Under the pieces are notes generated by a model. That model was not told the origin of the DNA and ran no database searches. It saw only the letters and a list, made by a program, of their open reading frames with translations. The translations under genes and the position numbers were made by a program. Positions 19,415-28,401 of a stretch of DNA of 64,000 bases are shown here, one piece after another; position 1 is the first letter of the stretch; each line of letters opens with the position of its first letter. Source of the DNA: a virus (taxonomy: Duplodnaviria; Caudoviricetes); the IMG/VR virus record IMGVR_UViG_3300031555_003590, positions 128,001-192,000 of that record; one strand, given 5' to 3'.

Positions 19415-20082
19415 TGAGTAATGAAAAACTTTATATAATATATCGTGTATATAATAAAAAAGATAGGCCCGATAATGATGTCGGGCCTATCTTATATGGA
19501 TGGAGTAATAATAAAAATGTTGTTAAAGCATTTATGAATCAGCGTGATAAAAATAAATATTATGTTGAAAAAATGTCTGATGCAAATATAAATGAAATAA
19601 TGGAAGGATCTTATAATGATCTTGATGTCAATAATATGATTGATTATATTAAATTAAGATCATCTAAAACTCATGAAGAAATTTGTTTCTTTATGACTTC
19701 AAATGAAATGCAAGAGGTAGAGAAACGTATACAAAGATATTTTCGTGATTTATGTTCTATTAGTAATATTATTGGGAATGGAAAATATTTAGAAATGTAT
19801 ATGTATCTTGATAGATATTATATAGATGCATTAGAATTAATAGGATATAGACCTCCAGAAATTTCAGTAATATGTCAATCAGCTGATTATAGAGATGATC
19901 CTGGAGATATTGTTGGAATAACAATGTTAATTGAAGATGCATATTCTGGTGTAAATATATCTCCTAGTGAAATATTTGAACATCGAAACAAACTGCCAGG
20001 ATTATCAACATTATATGATATCTCAAGCAAGATATTATATTCTATAGAAAGTTTCATTAAAGTAATGATAGATGACTTATAA
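19411..20082 (+). CDS. Hypothetical protein (paralog of next ORF)
   Basis: YGWSNNKNVVKAF...; GGAG RBS. Confidence 0.75.
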   Translation: MMSNEKLYIIYRVYNKKDRPDNDVGPILYGWSNNKNVVKAFMNQRDKNKYYVEKMSDANINEIMEGSYNDLDVNNMIDYIKLRSSKTHEEICFFMTSNEMQEVEKRIQRYFRDLCSISNIIGNGKYLEMYMYLDRYYIDALELIGYRPPEISVICQSADYRDDPGDIVGITMLIEDAYSGVNISPSEIFEHRNKLPGLSTLYDISSKILYSIESFIKVMIDDL

Positions 20083-20095
20083 AAGAGGTGATTAA

Positions 20096-20635
20096 ATGGC
20101 TAAATACCAAAATGGAGATATTGTAACATATCATTTTATTATTAAATCAATAAATGGTGATAAAATAATTCAAGGTTGGACAGATAATAAGGAAATTGCA
20201 AAATTCTATTTTGATTTTCATAAATCAAAATATTTTACAATAAAATCTATTACAGATACAATTGATAATATTTCAAAAATTTTAGAAGAAAATTGGAATG
20301 ATGAAATTAAGATATTCAATATTATTACAAAAAATCGTACTGGTAAACGTAAAGATGGTGAATATATTAATATTAGTATTCCAGCTACAGAAACAGAAAT
20401 GATGTTTATTAGGGAAGAATCAATATCATTCATGTCTTCTAGAATAAATTATGGATTAATAAATGAAGCAATTCCATATATGAAAAAGAAATATCAAGAT
20501 ATATTGAAATCAATATTCTTGCCAGATATAATTCTTAAAGTTGTATATTCTCGTAATTCAAAATTTGTTCAATCAATTCAATTTGATGATTTAATGATAT
20601 TATTTAGATCATTTCCAGAAAATTTTGGAGAATAA
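20096..20635 (+). CDS. Hypothetical protein (paralog of previous ORF)
   Basis: QGWTDNKEIAKFY...; AGAGGTG RBS. Confidence 0.75.
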   Translation: MAKYQNGDIVTYHFIIKSINGDKIIQGWTDNKEIAKFYFDFHKSKYFTIKSITDTIDNISKILEENWNDEIKIFNIITKNRTGKRKDGEYINISIPATETEMMFIREESISFMSSRINYGLINEAIPYMKKKYQDILKSIFLPDIILKVVYSRNSKFVQSIQFDDLMILFRSFPENFGE

Positions 20636-20650
20636 TAGGAGGCATGATAT

Positions 20651-20869
20651 ATGAATGATAATGAATATAAAATTCCATTGGAAAATGTTTTAGAAGATAT
20701 GTATAATAAATATAGTCCTACACAATTTCAATCAAGAAAATATTATTATGAATATTATGCTACTGATGAAGAACGTGTAGAAATGGATTTAGAAAATCTT
20801 ATTTCTACTATAGTTAATATAACTATCACAATTGCTATTATTGGTGGAATATTATTTATTTTAAAATAA
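20651..20869 (+). CDS. Small membrane protein
   Basis: C-terminal hydrophobic helix; AGGAGG RBS. Confidence 0.7.
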   Translation: MNDNEYKIPLENVLEDMYNKYSPTQFQSRKYYYEYYATDEERVEMDLENLISTIVNITITIAIIGGILFILK

Positions 20870-20951
20870 TTTATAACTATTTGAAGAATATCCTCAGAAT
20901 ATATTTATATATTCTATATAAGTAGTAATGAGGAAGGAGGTTTGATAAATA

Positions 20952-23732
20952 ATGCAAAAAGTTTTAAGGAGTCTGATACATGAAAAATTACCAGAAGAAT
21001 TAAGATTTCAATTGGAATTGTTATCTAGAAAAAGAAATCTTATTAATGATGAAAGAGTTGAAAAAATTCTTCAATTATTTAGAGATTTTAATATAGATAA
21101 TGTAATTCCACTTGGATTAGGTACAAATCGTTATGCAGTTAAAGTTGATGGTTATGTTATTAAAATTGCTACAGATAATGATGGTAAAATTGATAACTTT
21201 AAAGAATTTAAAATGTCAAAACGATTGTATCCATATGTAACTAAAACTTATGAAGTTTCTGAAAATGGAACGATTTTAGTAGCAGAATATGTTTCACCAT
21301 TCACATCATTTAGTGAGATGATGATGCATGCTAATGAGATTCGTGAAATTTTATCAAAATTATCATCAACATATTTGATTGGTGATGTTGGAATTACTGC
21401 TAAAAACTATGCAAACTGGGGACTAAGAACTGGAAATTCACAACCAGTATGTTTAGATTTTGCATATGTATATGAAGTAAGTTCAGAATTATTTGTTTGC
21501 CGTAAATGTGGTTCTATGTTAATTCCAGATAATGACTTTAAACGATTACATTGTTCCAATAATACATGTAAAAGTGAAGATGTTGAATTTGAATCTATTA
21601 GAGCAAAACTTGGTAATGATCTTCATAAACATGAAATTGGAGATCTTCGTGAAGAAGGATATTATCTAACTGAAAGTAATGTTACTACCGAGCTATCTGA
21701 GCAACGTAGTAATTACTTAGTAAATCAAAAAAAGAAAAAAGAAAGTATCAAGGAGGAAGACACAATGAGTAATAACATTGAAAACAACATGGCCATTGCA
21801 AGAAGCTTAAATGTTAGAAATCAATTTGATATTCCAACATTTATTGGCACTAGTAAGGTGGTAATTGATGATAAAAAAGAAGAGGTAATTGTTCTTAATG
21901 GAACTACTAAAGCAGTAGAATCTGTAAATGAAAAACTAGATGATGAAGATATCAATGATGTTGCATTTAGTTGTTCTATGGATGATGATATTCCAGCAAC
22001 TACTGGATATGCTTCAGTAGTTGAAGAATATTCTAAAGAACCTGATGATCATTTTATTATGAATGATGAACCTATTATTGTAGAAACTAAGGAAATTAAG
22101 AATGCTCCAATAAATGTAGCTGCCAAGAAAAATAAACCTAAAATCAATGATTGGTTTGTCAATAATATGTATAAAGCTTTCTCTAAGATTAGTAATAGAG
22201 TAAGTAATTATATGAAGAGTATTGATCATTATAATAATTATAATTATCTTCTCAAAAGTAAAATGGAGGAATATAAATACTACAAGTGTATTGAAAGTGC
22301 TGTATTCAGATCTTTGACAAATTTCTGCAACTTTACTTATATTATTGCTCCTAGAGATAATGGAGAAGGAGATCGTAAAATCTTTACTCCTCCTACTGAA
22401 ATTAATGGCACTAATTATGAACCTACTCTAATCTTTATGTCTAGAGTATGGTGTGATCGTGATGTATATACAGCTGGAGATAATCTTGTGATGTCTTCAT
22501 ATCGTTCGAAATATTCTGATTATCAAGGTTTCCAAGTTGAATGGATTGATAGTTTCAAAAAGCGTATTACTGGAAAAACTAATATGCCTAAGAAACTTAT
22601 TGATATCATTGCAGATGATATTCAGAAAGAATGGTGTGTTCCATATTTTGAATCTTTAGATGATGATAATGAAGAAGATATCGAAGCTACCATTATGTTC
22701 CCTACAGATGTTGTAGATGAAGATGATGATAGTGAGGATGTTGCATTCAGCGGTAGCACAGGTGTTGATATTGTTCAAGGTTATGTAAATGATGAATATG
22801 ATGATGAGGATGAAGACAATGAATCCGATAACATTAGTGTTTGTATTTATCATCATGAATCTATGGATGTAGTTCGTATCAATAGTACTAGTATATTTGG
22901 AAATATTAATATTCCACTCTACTGCGTTCTTGATGATATCGATTCTACTACAATTGGTGAATCAATGATTGACGACCGCAATGGTATTTGGGATTGGCTT
23001 ATTCATATGACTCCTGATGTAGTATTTACTACAAATAATCCTGACAGATGGATTGCTATTAATGATTCTGATGATTATGTAAATATTCCTCGTGTTGCAA
23101 TTCTTGATGAAACTGATGATGTATATACTATTGGTGTTTATAGCATTGATGGAATCTTCGATATTGCTTCTGAAGATGATTTTACTCTTGTTACTGATAT
23201 CAATATGTTGAAGAAAATTAATCGACTCATTAATAATGAAATTGGTTATTCTTGTATTAGTCATCTTAAAGTTTCTATTGGATTGGAGGATCTTATCATG
23301 ACTGAAGAAGAAGTTATGGAGACTCTTAATATGGAATTTCCTGATGAAGATGAATCTGAAGAAGTAGATGAATCTACTAATATCAGCTCTGAAGAGGCAC
23401 CAGTTGAGGATGATTCAACTGAAGAAGTCATTGATAGCAAAACTAGTGCCGCTGAACAAGCTGCTATAGATGCTATGATGGCTGATGAAAGTGATGAATC
23501 TTCTTATGAGTCAGCTTCTGAGGAGGTAGCTGACGAAGATTACTTTCGACAGGAAGATGAGGAAGAAACAGAAGGATCAGAAGAAGCAGAGGTCAGAACA
23601 GAGACGTCGGAAGCAGATGCAGAGGGAAATAGACATGTATATGAGGTAACTAATAATTCTAGTGAAAGTTTACCTGATTCTGAGATAACTATTCCCGCTA
23701 CATTTAAACCAATTCGTCGTTTTAACAGTTAA
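20952..23732 (+). CDS. Ser/Thr protein kinase-like domain + Zn ribbon + long acidic region
   Basis: LGLGTNR (Gly loop), VIKIA (Lys), NFKE, LVAEY, GDVG....ANWG, VCLDFAY; CRKC...C...C; very acidic C-terminus. Confidence 0.75.
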   Translation: MQKVLRSLIHEKLPEELRFQLELLSRKRNLINDERVEKILQLFRDFNIDNVIPLGLGTNRYAVKVDGYVIKIATDNDGKIDNFKEFKMSKRLYPYVTKTYEVSENGTILVAEYVSPFTSFSEMMMHANEIREILSKLSSTYLIGDVGITAKNYANWGLRTGNSQPVCLDFAYVYEVSSELFVCRKCGSMLIPDNDFKRLHCSNNTCKSEDVEFESIRAKLGNDLHKHEIGDLREEGYYLTESNVTTELSEQRSNYLVNQKKKKESIKEEDTMSNNIENNMAIARSLNVRNQFDIPTFIGTSKVVIDDKKEEVIVLNGTTKAVESVNEKLDDEDINDVAFSCSMDDDIPATTGYASVVEEYSKEPDDHFIMNDEPIIVETKEIKNAPINVAAKKNKPKINDWFVNNMYKAFSKISNRVSNYMKSIDHYNNYNYLLKSKMEEYKYYKCIESAVFRSLTNFCNFTYIIAPRDNGEGDRKIFTPPTEINGTNYEPTLIFMSRVWCDRDVYTAGDNLVMSSYRSKYSDYQGFQVEWIDSFKKRITGKTNMPKKLIDIIADDIQKEWCVPYFESLDDDNEEDIEATIMFPTDVVDEDDDSEDVAFSGSTGVDIVQGYVNDEYDDEDEDNESDNISVCIYHHESMDVVRINSTSIFGNINIPLYCVLDDIDSTTIGESMIDDRNGIWDWLIHMTPDVVFTTNNPDRWIAINDSDDYVNIPRVAILDETDDVYTIGVYSIDGIFDIASEDDFTLVTDINMLKKINRLINNEIGYSCISHLKVSIGLEDLIMTEEEVMETLNMEFPDEDESEEVDESTNISSEEAPVEDDSTEEVIDSKTSAAEQAAIDAMMADESDESSYESASEEVADEDYFRQEDEEETEGSEEAEVRTETSEADAEGNRHVYEVTNNSSESLPDSEITIPATFKPIRRFNS

Positions 23733-23745
23733 AAATTTATGAAGG

Positions 23746-23783
23746 ATATACATGGGGTATTAAATACCCCATGTATATTTTTT
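23746..23783 (+). terminator. Intrinsic terminator
   Basis: ATATACATGGGGTATT-A-AATACCCCATGTATAT plus T-tract. Confidence 0.75.
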
Positions 23784-23800
23784 AATACAGAGGTGAAAGT

Positions 23801-24490
23801 ATGATATATAGAATAGATATACAACATTATTTATCACATGCAATTGATCATTTTACTCCTGAAGATTTATCACATTTTCAATATGCTATAATTAGTGCAG
23901 TTATTAGAAATGGAGGAAGAGTATTAAATGTAGTTAAAATAAATGATTTATATCCTCTTCCTGAAATAGTTACAGAATATGCTGAGCATCAAGATAAAAC
24001 CATAATGGAAAAAATGTATATGGATTATCTTAGACCTAAAAAAGATTCTGATCCAAATAGTAAAAATATAATGGCAAATATATTCTATAAATCATTTATA
24101 AATCCATTGATTAATCATGTTAATATAATGATATTATGTGATAGAAAAGAAAATGAATATATTGATGTGATTTGTAAAGTTTTAAAAAAAGAATATATGA
24201 TAGATGTAATTGATTTAAATAAATTATTTAGTGAAGGAAAAGTTGGACCAATTTATATAGATAGAAATGAAATTTGGGATAAAGCTGTCGATATAAGAAG
24301 AGCCGCTGGAGCAGATGAAATTAGAGCATTAGAATCAACTAGTGGAGGTAGGTTAAAGTTATTAGGAATGATGAAGAAAAAAGATAAGATTAAAAAAATA
24401 AAAGAACTTGGTATCAATATTACTAGTTATGATAAAGAAGATCTTGATTCTATATTAAGAGATGCATGGGTAAATGATGAAGAAGATTAA
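23801..24490 (+). CDS. Hypothetical protein
   Basis: AGAGGTG RBS. Confidence 0.8.
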   Translation: MIYRIDIQHYLSHAIDHFTPEDLSHFQYAIISAVIRNGGRVLNVVKINDLYPLPEIVTEYAEHQDKTIMEKMYMDYLRPKKDSDPNSKNIMANIFYKSFINPLINHVNIMILCDRKENEYIDVICKVLKKEYMIDVIDLNKLFSEGKVGPIYIDRNEIWDKAVDIRRAAGADEIRALESTSGGRLKLLGMMKKKDKIKKIKELGINITSYDKEDLDSILRDAWVNDEED

Positions 24491-24615
24491 TAATTAAAAA
24501 TATTAAAATAAGAAAGTAAATTGATTTACTTTCTTTTTAGTGTTTTTATCAGAAACAGAAGCTTAAATATCTATATTAGTGTATAAAATTATTTTTTATA
24601 AAGGAGAGATCAATT

Positions 24616-26286
24616 ATGAGTTTTGAAATTAAAAATGATAACATTGATAATGATGTATTTCAAGAAGGTATTATTGGTGATTCTTTAAAGAGTACAGCAA
24701 AAGCTATTGCTGATGTTGATGTTGATGAAATTAAATCTGGTTGGGATGGTAGTGAAGATAAAGATTCTGCTACATTGAGTGACAAAGTTAAAGATATTGA
24801 TGAAAAGGGTATTAAAAAAGCTGAAGGTTCATTAAAGAATATTAGTGATACTCTTGGCAGACGCACTGTTGATACTCGCTCTATTATTGCTCGTGCAAGA
24901 AATTCAGTCTTACAGTTTCCTATTTATATTACTCAGACAATGAGAGTTAATGAGGCCCAAATAATTGCTAAACTATTTGAACGTGTATATACTACACTAG
25001 TTCAAACAGTTCTTTCTCAAAATCAAATTATTAATGAAGATGAAGCTAATAATTTAGTTTTTCTTAAGAGATTTCATAGTAACTTAAAGGAAGCTGCTGA
25101 TGTTTTTATCAATGAATATTATAAACCCATTGATGAAATTGATCAGATGATGTATGATAGTGTTTTTTATACTCAGAAATTAACTGAAAATTGTACTGTC
25201 TCATTTAGTGTAATTCCTTGTACTGATCAAGATTTAATTCTTGAAAATGCTCGTTTAATGAATGAGCCTTTAACTGGGTTTATTTATTTAAAAGAAGCAA
25301 ATGAAACTACTACTAAAACTTCATCTAAAGATACAACCCTATCTGATTCTGATTTAGAAGATCTTGCGGCTGAACGTTCTAAACTTTCTGCTGAAGAAAA
25401 ACGTAAAGCTAGAAGTAAAGATAATAATGATGATGAATCTCGTAAAAAACTAGATAATGCAGTAGATGAAGTTAAGAAAGATATTAAAGATGGCAAGTTA
25501 AAGAATTATGCTTATAAAAACGGAAGATATGTTCGTACTGATAATACTAAAGAAACTACTACTAAAAAAGAAGTTAATACTAAAGCAGTTGATACTCCAG
25601 TATTATTACGTGAAGGTGAAATTAAAAAAATTAATGCAATGCTACCATATACCATGGAAGTCAGTTTTCGTATGAGAACTGCTAAGGGTGATATGCATGA
25701 TGTAAAATATATTATTGGTGTTAAGAGTGTATTACATCTTATTCGTACTAGTGATCTAGTAGAAGATCTTCAGGAATTGGTAACTGGTAATATTAAATCT
25801 CTACAAAAAGTTCGTTATAAAACTGGAGAAATTAGTTTTGCAGATTATTTTCTTAATCTTAAAGGTCTTAAAGCTGATGCTGCTAAACATGTTAATTATA
25901 ATAAGAGGTGGATTAATACTCTTAAACGTTTAGCTGATTATAAGAAAATGAATGGCTCTTTAATGAAGGGGTCTGTTGAAGCTCTCAATAAAGGTCAAGT
26001 TCCAATTCCTAATGGTACTTTAATTCTTGCTCAAACTGATGTTGCTATGTTAACTAATCAAACTGGAATCGATCTTAGTAAAGTTTCTAATGCTAAACGT
26101 TTAGCTAGAAATTTATTCCTAATTGGTATTGTAATTGTTGATTCTTCTGCTGGTACTATGAGAGTATTATTCCCAGATTCTGATTCTGATTGGGATGTTC
26201 AATCTCTATCTTCTATTGATGCAGAATTATCTAAAACTGAAAATAGCCAATTGATGAAAGAATTAAATCGTCTGGTAAATAAATAA
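24616..26286 (+). CDS. Putative virion head/core protein
   Basis: In operon with the prohead protease; AACA-N6-TA motif upstream (24554); F-x-E and L-x-E sites (VFQEG, NLKEA, YLKEA). Confidence 0.55.
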   Translation: MSFEIKNDNIDNDVFQEGIIGDSLKSTAKAIADVDVDEIKSGWDGSEDKDSATLSDKVKDIDEKGIKKAEGSLKNISDTLGRRTVDTRSIIARARNSVLQFPIYITQTMRVNEAQIIAKLFERVYTTLVQTVLSQNQIINEDEANNLVFLKRFHSNLKEAADVFINEYYKPIDEIDQMMYDSVFYTQKLTENCTVSFSVIPCTDQDLILENARLMNEPLTGFIYLKEANETTTKTSSKDTTLSDSDLEDLAAERSKLSAEEKRKARSKDNNDDESRKKLDNAVDEVKKDIKDGKLKNYAYKNGRYVRTDNTKETTTKKEVNTKAVDTPVLLREGEIKKINAMLPYTMEVSFRMRTAKGDMHDVKYIIGVKSVLHLIRTSDLVEDLQELVTGNIKSLQKVRYKTGEISFADYFLNLKGLKADAAKHVNYNKRWINTLKRLADYKKMNGSLMKGSVEALNKGQVPIPNGTLILAQTDVAMLTNQTGIDLSKVSNAKRLARNLFLIGIVIVDSSAGTMRVLFPDSDSDWDVQSLSSIDAELSKTENSQLMKELNRLVNK

Positions 26287-26302
26287 TAAGGAGGGATAAA
26301 TT

Positions 26303-27445
26303 ATGAATAAATATATGATTAGTAATGATTTTTTAGAAATTATTACTGATACTACTAATAAACTACATCCTGCTTATATGGAAGCATCTAAAAATCTTGA
26401 TTCTTCTAATGATAAAGCTTTAGGATATATTAAGAATTTTATTACAAGTATTGAAAATATAGCTAATAAAGAAAAGGTTAAAGATTCTCGTATTACCGAT
26501 TCTCGTGGTAATATTAAAAAATTTTCTGCATATGAAGATATTAAAACCATTCTTGATTTCTTAAAAAAGAATCTTAGTGGAGTTTCAGTTGTTAATGATT
26601 TATCTACTATTCTAACCATTCTTGAATCTAATCAACCTCTTTATACTGAAGCTTATGAAAAAAATATTCGTTTAGTAGTATTAGAATATGAAAGTGCAGT
26701 TGATCTTCTTGTAACAGGTATTACCTTAACTATGGCAGAATGTATTGATGTTGTTCAAACTGGCACTTCTGTTAAAATTGAAAAGAAGAAAGGTGCTAAT
26801 GGTGGAGTTATTCATAAAACTATTAGTGATATGGCTACTCAAATGAGAGCTAAAAATCATAAAAAATATCTTGAAGAAATGATCGAATCTAAAAAACATA
26901 CTAAAATTGATACTAGTATCAAAGAATCTGTTACATTTATTGAATCTGCAGTTGCAGATAGTCTTGAATTAATTGATTTAATGTTAACTAGTGTTGGTAA
27001 GATCGGTCATTATACAATGAATATAATTCGTACTATTAAAAATTCTTTGTTTGGTATTCTTCCTTTAATTCGTTCTTGTTTGTATATTCGTTATAAAAAG
27101 AAAGCTGATACCATTTTAGCGCTTGAACAACAAGCTGAATTTGTTTCTCAAAATATTGAACGTCTACAAAATCGTACTAATATGGATGAGAAAGAAAAAG
27201 CTAGAATTATTAAAAAACAACAAGCAAATGTAGAAGCTTATAAAAAGAAAGCTGCTAAGTTACGTGCAGAACTAATTGATTGTGAAAAACAAGCTTCTGA
27301 TGCTATCAAAAAAGAAAATCCTAGTATGAAAAATACCGATGATGATTTTATATTAGAAAAAACAGGATTTAAAGCTTCTGATGATGAAGATAATATGGAC
27401 GAAACTGAAGAAGATGAGAAAGAATCTAAAGATAAGGAGGAGTAA
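26303..27445 (+). CDS. Putative virion head/core protein
   Basis: Adjacent to protease; YMEA, IKES, FIES, FILE motifs. Confidence 0.55.
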   Translation: MNKYMISNDFLEIITDTTNKLHPAYMEASKNLDSSNDKALGYIKNFITSIENIANKEKVKDSRITDSRGNIKKFSAYEDIKTILDFLKKNLSGVSVVNDLSTILTILESNQPLYTEAYEKNIRLVVLEYESAVDLLVTGITLTMAECIDVVQTGTSVKIEKKKGANGGVIHKTISDMATQMRAKNHKKYLEEMIESKKHTKIDTSIKESVTFIESAVADSLELIDLMLTSVGKIGHYTMNIIRTIKNSLFGILPLIRSCLYIRYKKKADTILALEQQAEFVSQNIERLQNRTNMDEKEKARIIKKQQANVEAYKKKAAKLRAELIDCEKQASDAIKKENPSMKNTDDDFILEKTGFKASDDEDNMDETEEDEKESKDKEE

Positions 27446-27447
27446 TT

Positions 27448-28308
27448 ATGTCAACTCCAAATCTTGATACATTTTGTTATATCAGAGAACAATCTTCTTA
27501 CCCAGAAGATTATGGCAATAATTTTGGATATCAAGTCCATGATAAAGGTAATCGATTTTATGTAACATTTGATGCTGTACTTCAATCATTTGATGTTATG
27601 AATCGTAATCGTCGTATGTATGAAGCTGCTAATATTATGGATAAAATTAATAATGATGATTATATCCAAAGTATGTTACGACAGAATTCTTGGATGGGTG
27701 AAATTGATCATCCTGCTCCTATTCATGAAGGTGAACAATTGACTCTAAATCGTATTTCTAATCCTGATATGAAACTTACTTCACATTATATTCGTAAACC
27801 TAGACTGAATGGTAATTTATTAGAAGCTAAAATTCAAACTGATTCTTCTAATAAACATGGAATGAATATGGCTATTAAGATTGTTGATGGTAAAATCATT
27901 CCTTGCTTTAGTGCTCGTGTATTAGGTGCATTACAGAATAAGATGGGTAGACCTGTGGTAAATGTAAGGAAGCTAATAACTTATGATTGGGTTCTATATC
28001 CTAGTCATAGAGAAGCTGAAGCAAAGATTACTCAGCCTATTCAGGAATCTGTTAATGAAGCTGCTAAATATGCAAATGCAACTGTCATATTCTTTCCTGA
28101 GCTAGCACAAATGGTTGTAGCTAATTCTAAAGAAGCTAACTGGTTATGCGAATCATTTGGTTTATCAATGAATGATATTGTTGGTGTAACTTCCACTGGT
28201 AATTCAGTTGTATTAACTGAAAAAGATAATGTTTACATTCAACCCATTAATGATGAAAGTATTCGTAATCGTACTAAGAACATGTTAAAAGACTGGATGA
28301 ATCAATAA
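27448..28308 (+). CDS. Prohead core protease (T4 gp21-like)
   Basis: NRNRRMY, GEIDHP (catalytic His), SH.I, FSARVLG (catalytic Ser), ITYDWV..PS. Confidence 0.85.
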   Translation: MSTPNLDTFCYIREQSSYPEDYGNNFGYQVHDKGNRFYVTFDAVLQSFDVMNRNRRMYEAANIMDKINNDDYIQSMLRQNSWMGEIDHPAPIHEGEQLTLNRISNPDMKLTSHYIRKPRLNGNLLEAKIQTDSSNKHGMNMAIKIVDGKIIPCFSARVLGALQNKMGRPVVNVRKLITYDWVLYPSHREAEAKITQPIQESVNEAAKYANATVIFFPELAQMVVANSKEANWLCESFGLSMNDIVGVTSTGNSVVLTEKDNVYIQPINDESIRNRTKNMLKDWMNQ

Positions 28309-28320
28309 AATAATAAAATA

Positions 28321-28349
28321 TAAAGAGAGGGGTTTAACCCCTCTCTTTA
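28321..28349. terminator. Palindromic terminator
   Basis: TAAAGAGAGGGGTTTAACCCCTCTCTTTA. Confidence 0.75.
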
Positions 28350-28401
28350 ATTATATATTATATTTAAAAATATAATATATTATAGGAGGTATACATATAA
28401 T

